Part shown: positions 27,001 through 38,500 of the stretch, piece by piece
How positions within the stretch are numbered: position 1 is the first letter of the stretch
Layout of the letters: each line of letters starts with the position of its first letter
Source: Podarcis filfolensis
Taxonomy: Eukaryota
Length of the DNA stretch: 64,000 bases
Assembly (NCBI GenBank): GCA_964270895.1
Contig: OZ185442.1
Reading direction: 5' to 3' (one strand)
Program-made: the position numbers and the translations under genes
The notes under the pieces: model-generated
What the model saw: the letters and a program-made list of their open reading frames with translations, nothing else
What the model was told of the DNA's origin: nothing
Databases searched by the model: none

Positions 27001-30000
27001 AAGTTTTGCCAATTTATGTTGCTGACCTCACCCCCAAGACTTTGCTCCCCTGGCAGCAGGTGCAATTTGAGTCTAAGTGCTGAGAGCCAGAAGTTGTATG
27101 GCAAAACAGCTGCCCAGCATGGCAAAGGGAGTCAAAACTGTAAGAGGCCATAGGCTGCTAACCTGTCAGAGTCACTGGAAACTGCTGAGACAGTGGCAAC
27201 AGAAACCACAGCAGGCTCTGCAGCTCCACTGGTTTCTTCTTCTGGCTTTGAAGCTGCCTGGCACTCATCAACCACTTTAGCAAGCTCCAAAACAGCTCCC
27301 TTTGCCTCCATCAAAGGCTTTGCAACTGTCTCACGGCCTCCCTCCAGAGACTTTGGCTGTTCTTCCACTGTATTTCTAGGCCCTGCCTCAGGCCGGGGCT
27401 CTTCCAAAGTCTCATCAGATCTTCCCACAGATTCAGGTTTATCTGCTGCTGCCACCTCTGAGGTTTCTTTCACCATTTCCTCCTTGCTGGCCATTTCCAA
27501 AGGATTGAGCCTGGTCTCTATCTGATCATCCGAATACCTTTTTGCCATCTTAAACAGAGAATGTGAACACAGTTACTAGAGAACACTTCTCAACTTTATT
27601 TTCTTTTTTCTAGTTATATACAGCAGCCATGCCCAAGCTGGTGCCCTGAAGATGCTTTACCTACAAATCCCCTAATTGTAGGGCCTCATGATGCTGGAGC
27701 ACAGCCTCATGATGCTGGAGCTGTTGGGAATTGCTAGTCCAAAACATTGTCAGGTTACAAGCTTGATATATGTCAAATGTGACATTGGAGCCCTGTGCTG
27801 TTCTGCTGTGGGCTACTTTGCTCTTCACAAAATATTTCCCAAACACATAATAGTTTGGCCAGGGAGGCTTCTGTCTTAAGCCTCAGGTGCTGAATGTACT
27901 TTTTTGATCACAGTGTTTAGACGGCAAGAGTTCTGCTGTGGCAATGTGGGTGATATTCAAGTGCTCCAGCAACACACAGAAATATATGAAGAAAGAAAGC
28001 TGCCTTATGCCAAGCCAGACCAATGGTTCATATAGTTTCTTATCACCACACATTGAGTGACAGCGGCTCTCCAGGGTTTCAAGCAGGGGACATTCCCAGC
28101 CCTACCTAGAGAGCCCAGGGATTGAACTTGGGACCTTCTGCATGCAAAGTAGATGTTCGACTACTAAGCTATACTCCCACTACAACATCCCACATCTCAA
28201 TCAAGCAGCACTCCACACCCTTGCTTACCTCTAAGAGAAAGGGCTCAGAGTCACTCAAGCAGCTTTCTAAATACAGAAGTATTCTCTGCTGGAAAGCTTT
28301 ATAGGAGAAGTTCCAGATGGCTGGATGAGCGAAGTTTTTTTCTCGGATGATGCTCTGGAACATCGACCTCATTTTCTAAGCAAGGGGAAATGTTTTTCAG
28401 TACTTGCAAGCAAATTGCAGCACAGGGCAGAGATAAAAGCAATTTTTGCAGTCATTAGAAGTTTAAACAAAACAAGCCAAACCACCAGAGCAGTCTAGGT
28501 AATGTCAAAAATGCATGAAAGTAATGATGACTAGAGATGTGGACCACAATCTGTAGCAACATGGGCTGCTTGTGGATGCAATTTTTCTCATTGCGTAAGG
28601 GGGACAATAAACTCTCAAGTATTTAAGACACTCACTGAATTGGAGAATGTGGGAAGGACAAACCATGACTCTGCTTTGCAGTGAAATGACCCTATAAGAG
28701 GCACATTTCAACAACAACAGTGACATGAACTCATACCTGCTGAAAGCTCACCTGGGAACTTGGGTCCTTTGACATGTGTTTCCTCAAGATCTTGCTGGCT
28801 TGTTCATATTCTTTGTTTTTTAGACAGGTTATAACAGCCTGGAGAAGAAAGACAAAATAATGGTTTGCAAGGAAGACTTTGGGGGAATGTTCCTAATCTA
28901 AGAAGATACTGTTCGAGAGCTATCCCTCTGACAATTTTCTAGATCTGCTTCACATTTTCAACCCAGTGTGTTTTCATTGTGTAATATTAGACCACTTATT
29001 AAAGAATTAAAAAAAAATTCAAGTAAGGCAAGTTACTTAAATGTCTGTAGGCTAACAACATTGAAATAATGTATGCCTTAGGAATGTCAAGAAGCCAGCT
29101 TTTCCTGGATTGTCCCCGAAGGAAACAAGTTTTCAAAACATGCTGAGTTCCAATAAACTCAGGCACTTCTGAGGAGACATTTCTCTTTCATTTGATCCCA
29201 ACATATAGGAATCGTGCCTCCTTGCTTCTATTAACTTTTGTGAACTTATTTAAAAGTCCAATTTAAGCATGGAGAAAAATAGGCAAGAGTTAATCCTGGC
29301 ATTGAATTAGCACCTTAATTAAACCCTTTCCTAAATATACTGCATTTTGAAACTCAAGACAGCTGTCCTCATACTAACTAGGCTGAGAAACAGTAATCAG
29401 TGCCTACAGAAGAGGAAATGCTAACACTTACTGCTTCCTTTATTTTATTTCTTATTTCTTCTATTATATCAATGCCTATGTCCAATTCATTCTTCATCTT
29501 ATCCAAAAGAACAAGGGCATATTCAAGAGGTGTTAACTTGGTCTTGGTATCAATGGTCCAATCTTCTTCAATCCTAGACAGAAGCTGGATAATCCGCAGC
29601 TGAATGCCAATGCGTTTCTCTAGCACTAGGGGCCTTGCAAGCACAGCTGGAGAAGAACAAGACAGTCAAAACAGCCACTAAGCAAAATCAGATAGTTCAG
29701 CAAACCAAAACAAGGCTTGGGCCAGGGCACCAAAGCCCTGTCCCATATCTTGTATCCCTGGCCATATACAGACAGACGGCTTCATCCCAACATGGCTCCT
29801 TTGGCCCAGGAGTCACTTTGCATTTGCTTGTTTTTTTTGTGTGTGTGATCTACAATATCCTTTAGTATCTATATATACACAAACACTTTTTTTTTTAGTG
29901 TCTTAATCTTTGTGGTGAGAGATCTTGCTGGGGCTCGTTTTGTGGGGCAGAAATGCAGTATGTACAGATTTTATTTATAGACACACAGAAGTAATTACTG

Positions 30001-31186
30001 TAAGAAAATGAATGGTAAAGTACAGTAGTTGAGATTCTTAGAACTACACTCCAAAGGTGCTAGGCCATTCTTAACGGTTGGCTTCTGGAAACCAGCACAC
30101 TCAACTACAGCCCACACCCAAAACTCATTAAACTCAATCTCTTAATACACACATCAACATTCTCCAATTTGAAATAGATTTCAAGAGGGCTCTGAAATTT
30201 TCATGTACTTAGGAGGCTAAAGGCAGCCGGGGGCGGGGGGGGGGGGATCCTGACCATCTGTGATGGGCTTTAGGAAGCATTCATTTAAGGGGGCATATAT
30301 GTATCCTAACCATCTTCCTGAGAATCACAGCTGGCTGTTTTCAGACCGACCTTCTGGGTTCTGTGCTGTTGGTTAGTTGTACTTGGTGCATTTTCTTTAA
30401 AAATCATTATTGGATGAATTTCCCCCTAAACTGATTTTAGAACTTTGAATTGTTATTCACGCTTTTATACTGTATTTTATGCTGTTTTTTTTTTTGTTGT
30501 ATCACAATTGTTTTAAATTTGTTAGCCACCCTGAGCCCGGTTTTCTGAACCGGGAAGGGCGGGGTATAAATAAAAATTTATTATTATTTCCCTTAATTTC
30601 TAAAGGCAAATGACAAACGTTCCAGGGACACAGACTGTATTATATTTTAATTTGCTTTAGGTTCATTATTTCTTAAATGGAAACACCTAATGACTATTAA
30701 ATGTAATATATAAATGTAAATAAGCAACAGTGACATAAGTGGAACCAGGGCTATTACGTGACATATTTTAATGCTTGATGTTTTAGTATGTTCTGATATG
30801 TGCTGTGAGCCGCCCAGAGTGGCTGAGGAAACCCAGCCAGATGGGCGGCGTATAACTAATAAAATTATTATTATTAGTTATTTACACTCACGTTCCTTAG
30901 CAGGAAATACAGTTATTTAACCCAGCGAGAATGTTCCCCAAATGCCCCTTTCGTAAAACAAACTGGTCTCCTCACCGTATATGACGTCGCGCAGCTGGCG
31001 GAAGTCCTGGCTGCGGCCGGCCCGGAAAGCCTGAAGGGCCCGGTGGGCGTAGAAGAGGATGGCCCACCGGTTCACCGCCTCCTCCAAGGCCTTTTCGCGA
31101 GCCTCCGCGGCTCCTTCGGGCGATGCAGCAAGAGACGCTCCAGGGCCACCGCCGCCGCCCGCCATCTTCCCTCTCCCGCGCGCCAT
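24073..31186 (-). CDS. TERF2: Telomeric repeat-binding factor 2; 9 exons 31186-30976, 29646-29432, 28838-28752, 28375-28229, 27548-27163, 26965-26597, 25937-25861, 24981-24923, 24231-24073; 569 aa
   Basis: It has a TRFH domain ([32 protein letters not shown]), a RAP1-binding motif ([13 protein letters not shown]), a TIN2-binding-like SISTLVM, and a telobox Myb domain ([21 protein letters not shown]...IKDRWRTM). Splice phases are consistent and the total is 1710 nt. Confidence 0.93.
24614..24780 (+). mobile_element. Squam3-like SINE in the last TERF2 intron
   Basis: It has a tRNA-like head (TAGTCCAGTGG...CTTCAAACC) and the 3' end ACTGAGCTAGACGGACCA...GGCAGCTTCCTATGTTCC. Confidence 0.6.
25145..25398. 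mobile_element. hAT-family MITE, 254 bp, in a TERF2 intron
   Basis: The 13-bp TIRs TAGGGTTGCCATA / TATGGCAACCCTA are perfect. The 8-bp target duplication AACTATGT is perfect at 25137-25144 and 25399-25406. Confidence 0.92.
27995..28178 (-). mobile_element. tRNA-Ala-like SINE (Squam3-like)
   Basis: The minus strand begins GGGAGTATAGCTTAGTAG...TTGCATGCAGAAGGTCCCAAGTTCAATCCCTGG (A and B boxes) and continues into a SINE body rather than a tRNA 3' stem. Confidence 0.7.
30380..30876 (+). mobile_element. Two LINE/SINE 3' tail fragments ending in (ATT)n (about 30380-30590 and 30770-30876)
   Basis: Both end in the pattern AGCC(A/G)CCC..AG...GGGCGG(G/C)GTATAA followed by TTATTATT. Confidence 0.5.
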
Positions 31187-32369
31187 CCCGCGGGTCCTTC
31201 CCCTGACGTAGTCGGTGGGCGGGGCAGGAGGGGGGACCGCGGAGAGCAGCGCTGGCTCAGAGCCTGGGACCCTGTAGTCTCAGCACCGTCCCGGTCCTAG
31301 CAGTGCCCTCTCTGCTCGCCCCTCTGCCTGGAGGCCCACAAAGCGCAGAGGGTTGAAGGGAAGGCTATGGGCAGCTCGCCCCTCGCCGTGGCGCTGCTTG
31401 CCCAGGGAAATCAAGGGGGCAGCCGGGCAGATTCCAACAGACAGAGGCAGAGAAAGCGGACTTGGGGAGGATAGAGGACGGAGCACGAGGGCCGAGTCCG
31501 GGACACTGTCTCTGGCAGGGGGTTTCTAGGGTGATGGTTGCTGCTGCAGTTGCGCTGCACGTCCGAAGTCACCAGAGAGGGGGATCAAGATGCCCCGACG
31601 GCTGGGGGGGTGGGATCATCTGCAGCAGTTGCCAGATGCTCCCGTGTTGTCTCTTGTGCCTCTTCAGCCAATCAAAGGGAGCTGCTGTTTCTCCCTCTCT
31701 CGTTTCATGCTGGCCAGCTTCCTTCACGCCTATCCGGCCTGCCTCGCCCCTTCCAGGAAGGCGCCCTACGCCTCTGCCTCGGGCAGCCTGAGGAACGGGT
31801 CCCGGAGATCGGTCCTGCTTGGTTGGCTGGAGGAAGGGACTTGGAGATGAAGGCGGTGGGGTAAAGCCCCACCTGCGATTTCTGGGTCGGGAGACGAGTT
31901 GCATATGGGGCTGGGCTCCATAAGGACTTCGGACTGCCCATAATTTTTCTTCCGTTGTTGATATCCTTTTCGTTTCATATCACTCTGCGAAGTCTTAGCA
32001 CCCGACACAACATTGCGAAAAAACAATGGGCAACTATTCAAACTAGACCAAAGGGAGTGAAGCTGCATTAAAAGGGTTTTATTTTGCATGGGAAATGCGA
32101 GCGGTTTTTAAATACTATAAAACGCAACTTCTCGGCATGCACACGGCTTTCGGCTGCCCCTGAGCGCTAGATCTGCAGCCCTGCTGGGATCATTCCGGGG
32201 GGGAAGGCAGAATCTAATCGAGGCTGCCCCTAAACTCGGGAATTGAGAGACTATAAAAGAAGACGGAAGTTTTGCCTCTTATCTGTTTATAGTGCAGCGC
32301 GCTTCTTTGTAGCTCAGTTTCCGGCTCTCTGCCGGAAGTGGAGCCCATGTGCAACCTCCTTTTGCTGCC
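31187..32369. promoter_or_regulatory. TERF2/DHODH divergent CpG-island promoter region
   Basis: 1183 bp lie between the opposed ATGs. A CRE-like TGACGTA is near 31204, and ETS motifs are CGGAAGT (32264-32270) and CCGGAAGTG (32332-32340). Confidence 0.7.
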
Positions 32370-35300
32370 ATGGCGGGAGCTGCGGGCGCGTCGCTCTGGG
32401 TGAGGAAGGTCGCACAGTGGGCGGGCGCTGGGCTCAAGGGAGGGCCGTAGCTTCGTGCCAGAGCAGGCATTTTGCAGGCCGAGGTACCCTGTGAAGAAAG
32501 TGCCTTTGCTCTGCCGGGGAGAGCCTGGAGGGAGGCCCGCCTTTGCCAGTCAGAGCAGGCGATACTCGATGGGCAAATTATTTGCCCCCCGCAGCGCTCT
32601 GCGCGCGCGCACCCACCCACCCGTGTTGCTGGTTTGAAGCAACTAATGGGGAAATGCAGAGTAGATTATTCTGTCTTGAGGCGGGGCTAGATGCTCTGTA
32701 GGACGATATGCAGTCTTGCAGCTGTGGTTGCCCAGAAACAGGATACCAGCCTCCAATTCAAGGGGAAAGTTGCAACTCCTTCACTACTGTGACACCTATA
32801 AAAGCGTTTAACTCCTCTTACTGCTTGAAAGGGACTAAGCGAAGTTTGCAGGACAGGTATCATGCCTTCGAGAGAGGAAGGAGCCGATGCCAGTCAGAGC
32901 AAGCAGCCCTGACCTAGGTGGTCCAAAAATCTGTCGGGGGGGGGGGGCGGGAAGCAGCTTCTTGCCATTCCTGAGTGAACCGTGCAGCTTGAACGTAGTT
33001 GCTGGGAGGGCTCCAGTGGCCAGCTGTGAGAGCAAATCGTGTGTTGCTCCTTTGGGGTAGGCTGGAGCAACAGCCAAGGCAAGCAGAGGTTGAGCGGGTG
33101 CAGCCTTTGCTGAGCAGCAATGGTTCTGCCTGCCTGCCATGCAGCTGCTGAAGAGCGGGAGGCAGATTGCTTTACCAAAATGTCTCCTGTCAGATCCGGG
33201 CAGCCATTGCCAGGAGCCAGTAGTAATTGGAAGCTATGCCTTCCTTGTGTTTTGGCATCTGAAATCCTCCCCTTTTGCCATCCCAGGTAGTACCAGCAGC
33301 TCTTCAACAGGATTCCTGCTGCGTTTAGCCCTTTCAGAGTGCCCCATGCGGACCAGCTGCTTTCTCAGTTTTAGGGTCAGTATTTATCCCGACTGGGGTG
33401 ATGAGGCAGGGTAGCTTGGCCAGGTCTAGCCAAAGCCAACTTGGGGCTTTAACCCAGATATTCCAGACAGAGTTCTGTGGGTGTGTTAGGGTGGAGCAAG
33501 GTGGTAGACCTTCCTCCTCCTGTTCTCCAGGGGTTGGGTGGGCTGTAGGCTTGGGGGTGTATCTCACTCTCTTTGCTCTCCCAGCGACGCTTTAAGGAGG
33601 CAACAGTGATTCTCGGTGGGGGCAGCCTGATCTTCACCTCATACCTGGTGGTCAAGGGAGATGAGCACTTCTATGCTGCGCAGCTGATGCCACTCCTGCA
33701 GAGAGTGGTGGGCCCTGAGACAGCCCACAGGCTGGCTGTGCGCTTTGTGGCTCTGGGGATCCTGCCCTGCTCAAGCCAAGCTGACTCGGATGCATTGGTG
33801 CGTAAACTATGCAGGTGACTGGCGGTCAGAGGCTGCTGTGCTCCTGCTTTGGGCCCTGCCTCACATCCTACTGCTCCCAATCCCTTCCTGTGGGCCCACC
33901 ATGCCCTTTCTCTCCTGCGACAGGATGGGGCCTTGCCTGTCTCTTCTGCTGCCTAAGGCTTTCTGCTGGTTAACAGGTGCTTAATTGGCTTCCCAGGCAG
34001 TGGAAGTCTTTGGGCGCCGGTTTCGGAACCCTCTTGGCCTGGCTGCTGGTTTTGACAAGCATGGAGAGGCTGTAGATGGACTCTACAAGATGGGATTTGG
34101 CTTTGTGGAGGTGGGGAGTGTCACCCCAGAGCCCCAAGAGGGGAACCCCAGGCCCCGTGTCTTCCGGCTGCCAGAGGACCAGGCCATTATTAACAGGTAG
34201 GAGGCTGGAACAGAGGTGGGTGGCGAGGATGAGCCTTTGACAAGCCTCTCCTGCAGTGGAGGAGGAGGTGATGCATTGGGGAAGAGAGGGGTGGTGGTAT
34301 TCACCTGAGCTGTGTCCACAACTTTCTAGGTATGGGTTCAACAGCCATGGGCATGCAGTGGTGGAGCACAGACTTCGAGCCCGACAAGAAACTCAGCGTC
34401 AGCTCAGCTCAGGTGAGGTGGCTTGTGTCCTCCCTGCCCATGAGCCATGGAAAATCCCGGCCCCCTTCTTCCCCCCACCCAATTGCTGCTGTACTAGTAC
34501 ATGCTTGTGGCAGTCAGATCTGGAGAGGAGCTTTCAGGGAACGTGAAGAGTGGCAAGGAGCAAATAATGTTGCAGTTGATTAGTGGAGGATTTCTGGATC
34601 CTGCCCTGGACCCTTCCCAGAGCATCTCTGGTCAGGAGTGGTGCCTGCCTGAGTGCCAGTGGCTGCTTTCTTTTACCCAGCCCTAACAGGCCCACCGTGG
34701 CCCTGTGCTCTCCCTGGGGAAATCTCTTATGTGTCTGCCCCCTCATCAGGGATTCCTCATGTAGCAGTCATCTTTGCTCTGGCCTTCCCTGTCTGACTGG
34801 CTTCTGTTTGTGCATCCTCTCCCTTCCTAGCGGGGATGCCTCTTGGAATAAATCTTGGCAAGAACAAGGCCTCTGTGGATGCAGCAGCTGACTACGTGGC
34901 AGGTGTGCGTGTGCTGGGCCCACTGGCTGATTACCTGGTGGTGAATGTTTCCAGCCCCAACACACCGGGACTGCGGGCCCTTCAAGGCAAAGCCGAGCTG
35001 CGCCTCCTGTTGGCCAAGGTGGGTCTCTTGCCCCAAGAGCATTTCCTGTCCTCTCGGTCCCCTCCAGTAAGCAGCCAGGGTGCCCTCTGGCACACATTTC
35101 AGCGCCTGCTCTCTGGGCCGAGGGCAGCAGCTGCTTGGAGCAAAGGAGGAGCAGCCTGCTGCTCCCATTTCACATTTATTGAACAGTGCCTGGCAAAAGA
35201 AGGCCAGGGCTTTGCTGGTACATTGTTCACAAATCCTACTGCAGGAGTTGAGTGCATGCCTGATTGAGAACCTTGTACAAGTGCGGCAGCCTTGCCTCCA

Positions 35301-38300
35301 GATGTTGGTGGTGGACCAACAGGAGGCTGCTTCTATCTCGCCCTCCTTCCATACCTGCCCTTTGGATCCTGCTGTCGAGCCTCTCCTGCTCTGCAGAGCT
35401 CAGCTTCTGTCCCTAGTTCATAGCAGGGGCAGTTCCCCTCTCCCAGCCGTGTTGTGCTGCGCTCCATGGCTTGTAATCATGTGCCCTTTTGGGCAGTGTG
35501 AAACTTATGCCCTTCTGAGCAGTGTGAACGTGATCTTTGGCCAATGGCTGTGTGCTTCTTGGCAGGTGCTGGCTGAGAGGGACGCCTTGGCATGCAAGCA
35601 CAAGCCGGCTGTACTGGTGAAAATTGCTCCAGACCTCACGGCCCAAGACAGGAAGGACATTGCCAGTGTCGTCTCCGAGGTGATGCAGGGGTGGGTGGGC
35701 AGGAGTGGTTCTGTCTGGCTGCTGCCTCAATTATGCCTCGTTGGTTTGGCCTTTTATGCCTTGTTCTAGAGCAGCTCCCTTAAGAGATCACCTTGCCCCA
35801 TGTGGGCCTCTTTGATCACTTCCATCTGTGGAACTTGCACTTTTACACCTGCCACTCTGCACTCCTCGCAAGAGCAATCTTGTGAGCATAGCAGCACTTG
35901 GAACTCCCTGCCTCTTGATACTGGGCAGGCACCCTCACCATATTGCATTTGGCAAGCATACCCAGACATGTAATTTAGTCACCTATATCAGTTTTAAATA
36001 TTTATTGAATTTATCGTTGTTCTGAACTGAGGTAGCTGAACTGTGGATTTCAGCTGTGTTTTAGCTTAAGCTATATTTGTACGCTACTTGGGAGATATAT
36101 AGATTTTTGATTAAGTGGTCTTATGCATTTCCCTTAAATAAGAGTGAGAATGGGGTAGGGCTAGACTTTCAGGGCCACCAGCCACCACTATGGGAAGGAG
36201 GGCAGCGCATAGGAGGAAGCTGTGACTCTGAGGCTTGACTGTGCTCCCTTTTCCCCAGTTAGGCGTTGATGGACTGGTGGTCACCAACACCACTGTGAGC
36301 CGCCCCAGCACCTTGCGTGCAGCTCTTCGTGGGGAGGCTGGGGGTCTAAGCGGAGCTCCCCTGCGAGAGCTTTCCACTCAGCTGGTCAGCGAGATGTACT
36401 CTCTCACCCAAGGTAAGGAGACGGGCTGGAGGGAGGGAGGGGATGCAAGTGGGAGGGACTCCAGAATCCCTCCCACTAGCAGCCTCTTCTTGCCCCCCAG
36501 GACGGGTCCCCATCATTGGTGTTGGTGGAGTCTCCAGCGGGCAAGATGCCTTGGACAAGATCCGTGCAGGGGCCTCCTTGGTGCAGATGTACACTGCCCT
36601 CACTTACCGTGGGCCACCTGTGGTGGGTGCTGTGAAACAGGAGCTGGAGGCTCTGTTAAGGTGAGTGCCAGGCTGGGCCCAGCTTCTTGATGTCCCAAAC
36701 TCAGTGTTTGTGTGTGTGTGTGTGTGTGAGAGAGGGGGGGGGAGGGGTGCACCTAACGGACCCTCAATCCAGCTGTGTGTTACAAAAACATTATGCTGTA
36801 ACTTCAGATTCAAGCAAAGTTGTGCTGATTAAGAAAGCACAGCAGAATGAGATTGCTGCTAGCATGAGATTAGGCTGTAGAGGGAGCTGAGCAGACCACA
36901 AAACTGTCTGTCTCCCACCTAGGTTGTCATGCTGGGCTCCTTATTGCATGTATGCTCTCCATTTTCACCTCAAGAAGCTGATCCCTGTTACTCTTTACAT
37001 CAGCTTCAAGTACCCGGTCCTCCTTGCTTGATGTTCTGTGTCTCTCGCTCTGCCTCTTACACCCATTCCTTCTCTTCCTCCTGTTAATGGAGGAATCTGA
37101 GGGCTCCCTTGGACAAAAAACAGACACCAACCAGGACAATTTGGAGCAAAACAGCAGCCTGTAGGCGTGGCCTTTATTGGAAACTGTTGCGACAGGACTC
37201 CCACCCACAACAAGATGAAGCAAGATGGAAGTCCAGAGCAAAAGAAGTCTCCAACTTTTATTAGTTACTAATCCCCCAAACTACACCCCTAAAACTACAT
37301 CACAACTACATCATTGATACATCACAAAAAGGAGGGGTTGAGGGAGGAGGGGTGGCGGTAATCTGAGTGTCCCGTCAGCTGGCTGGTTCCCCCTTTCCCC
37401 CTCCTCATGAGTACTTTCCAGGTGACAAAGGGGAGTTTGCAGTTTCCTGCCCCCAGAGGGAAGAGCTGATCATTGTCCTTTGTTCCAGCCCGTGCTGAAT
37501 CCACTCCTATATGCAAGTTCTTTGTGACCTTGATGGTCTTCTGTGTAGGACCATCAGGGTTGGCATAGCAGCTGGGCAGGGCTCCTGTGTATGTGCTGGT
37601 ATGCTCAAGGGATTATGGCTGCCCTGTATCAAACCTCCATTTTTTAGTCCTTCCTTCATGGAGTAAAATAAAAGTGGAACGGTGCAGATCCGATGTATGG
37701 TTGATTTTCTATGAATTTATAATAGAAGCGTAGTGTATGTTGTGTGTGAGTGTGAGTGTGTGTGTCGAGTTTGTACAAACTGAATGATTGGGGGGGGGGG
37801 GTTCCTGCGACACTCCCACATTCTGCTTGCCAGCCAGCCTGCCTTTCCTCCAGATCTGCTTCCTAGCCCCTGGCACATCTCCTCTTGGAAGCCCCTGCTG
37901 CTGCCTATTCTTCCACCTGTCCCTTATCTCCAGTCTCAAATTACCTTCCACCTCCACCAAGACAAATTACCTTTTCTCCACCACAGTTCCTTTGTGTCAT
38001 TTTGTGGTCTGTGGAGCCCTGGCAGCATTATAGCAGTTGATGTCTGGGACAACAATAGTCCCAAAACAAATAATGACAGACCTTACTTTCTATTCTTTAT
38101 ACCCGTGCATCTGTTGCCTTATCCAAACAATCATATATGTACTACGTAGAGGAGAAAGTGGTCTTGATCCTGTGGGTATTTCACATCCTTGGTTTCCTGT
38201 GACTCGCCTGCAGGTCACAAGTCCCCTCCCCACAAAGTACAAGGTTCTGCTCTACAGGCATAAGCTTTTCTGGTTACCTTTTGTAGCTGGGGAGGGAGGT

Positions 38301-38500
38301 GGGGACCCAAGTGGGGAGCTGGTATCTTAAGCAAATAAGGACTTTGCTTGGGTTGAGGTTTTATCTTTCTAGGTGCCAAGAAGACTGCAGGGCCAGAGAC
38401 AGCTACCTGGTCTACTCACTCTGTGCTGTTTTCTCCTTTGTGCAGGGAGCAAGGATTCCAGAGCGTGCAGGATGCTGTGGGTGCAGATCATGGCCTCTGA
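32370..38500 (+). CDS. DHODH: Mitochondrial dihydroorotate dehydrogenase (quinone); exons 32370-32399, 33585-33797, 33997-34196, 34330-34412, 34831-35018, 35566-35679, 36259-36412, 36501-36660, 38446-38500; 398 aa
   Basis: Motifs include [67 protein letters not shown] and IIGVGGV. Nine GT-AG exons join in frame (1197 nt). Confidence 0.96.
36706..36728. repeat. (GT)n microsatellite downstream of the DHODH exon 8 donor
   Basis: Read directly from the sequence. Confidence 0.85.
37185..37812 (-). mobile_element. Possible solo LTR in DHODH intron 8
   Basis: It has TGT...ACA termini with near-inverted ends, and a minus-strand AATAAA (37262-37257) about 70 nt before the 3' end. I could not find a target-site duplication. 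Confidence 0.35.

Noticed and set aside
28110-28178. tRNA-Ala-like sequence as a tRNA gene
   Set aside because: The A box and D arm are degenerate, there is no acceptor-stem closure, and it continues into a SINE body found several times in the window.
32455-32910. Motif GCCAG(TCAG)AGCA(G/A)GC recurring three times in DHODH intron 1
   Set aside because: It is short and irregularly spaced, with no TIRs or TSD that I could define. It is probably decayed repeat sequence.
35080-35769. 229-aa + strand ORF
   Set aside because: It is mostly DHODH intron 5 read in frame into exon 6. Only 35566-35679 is coding.
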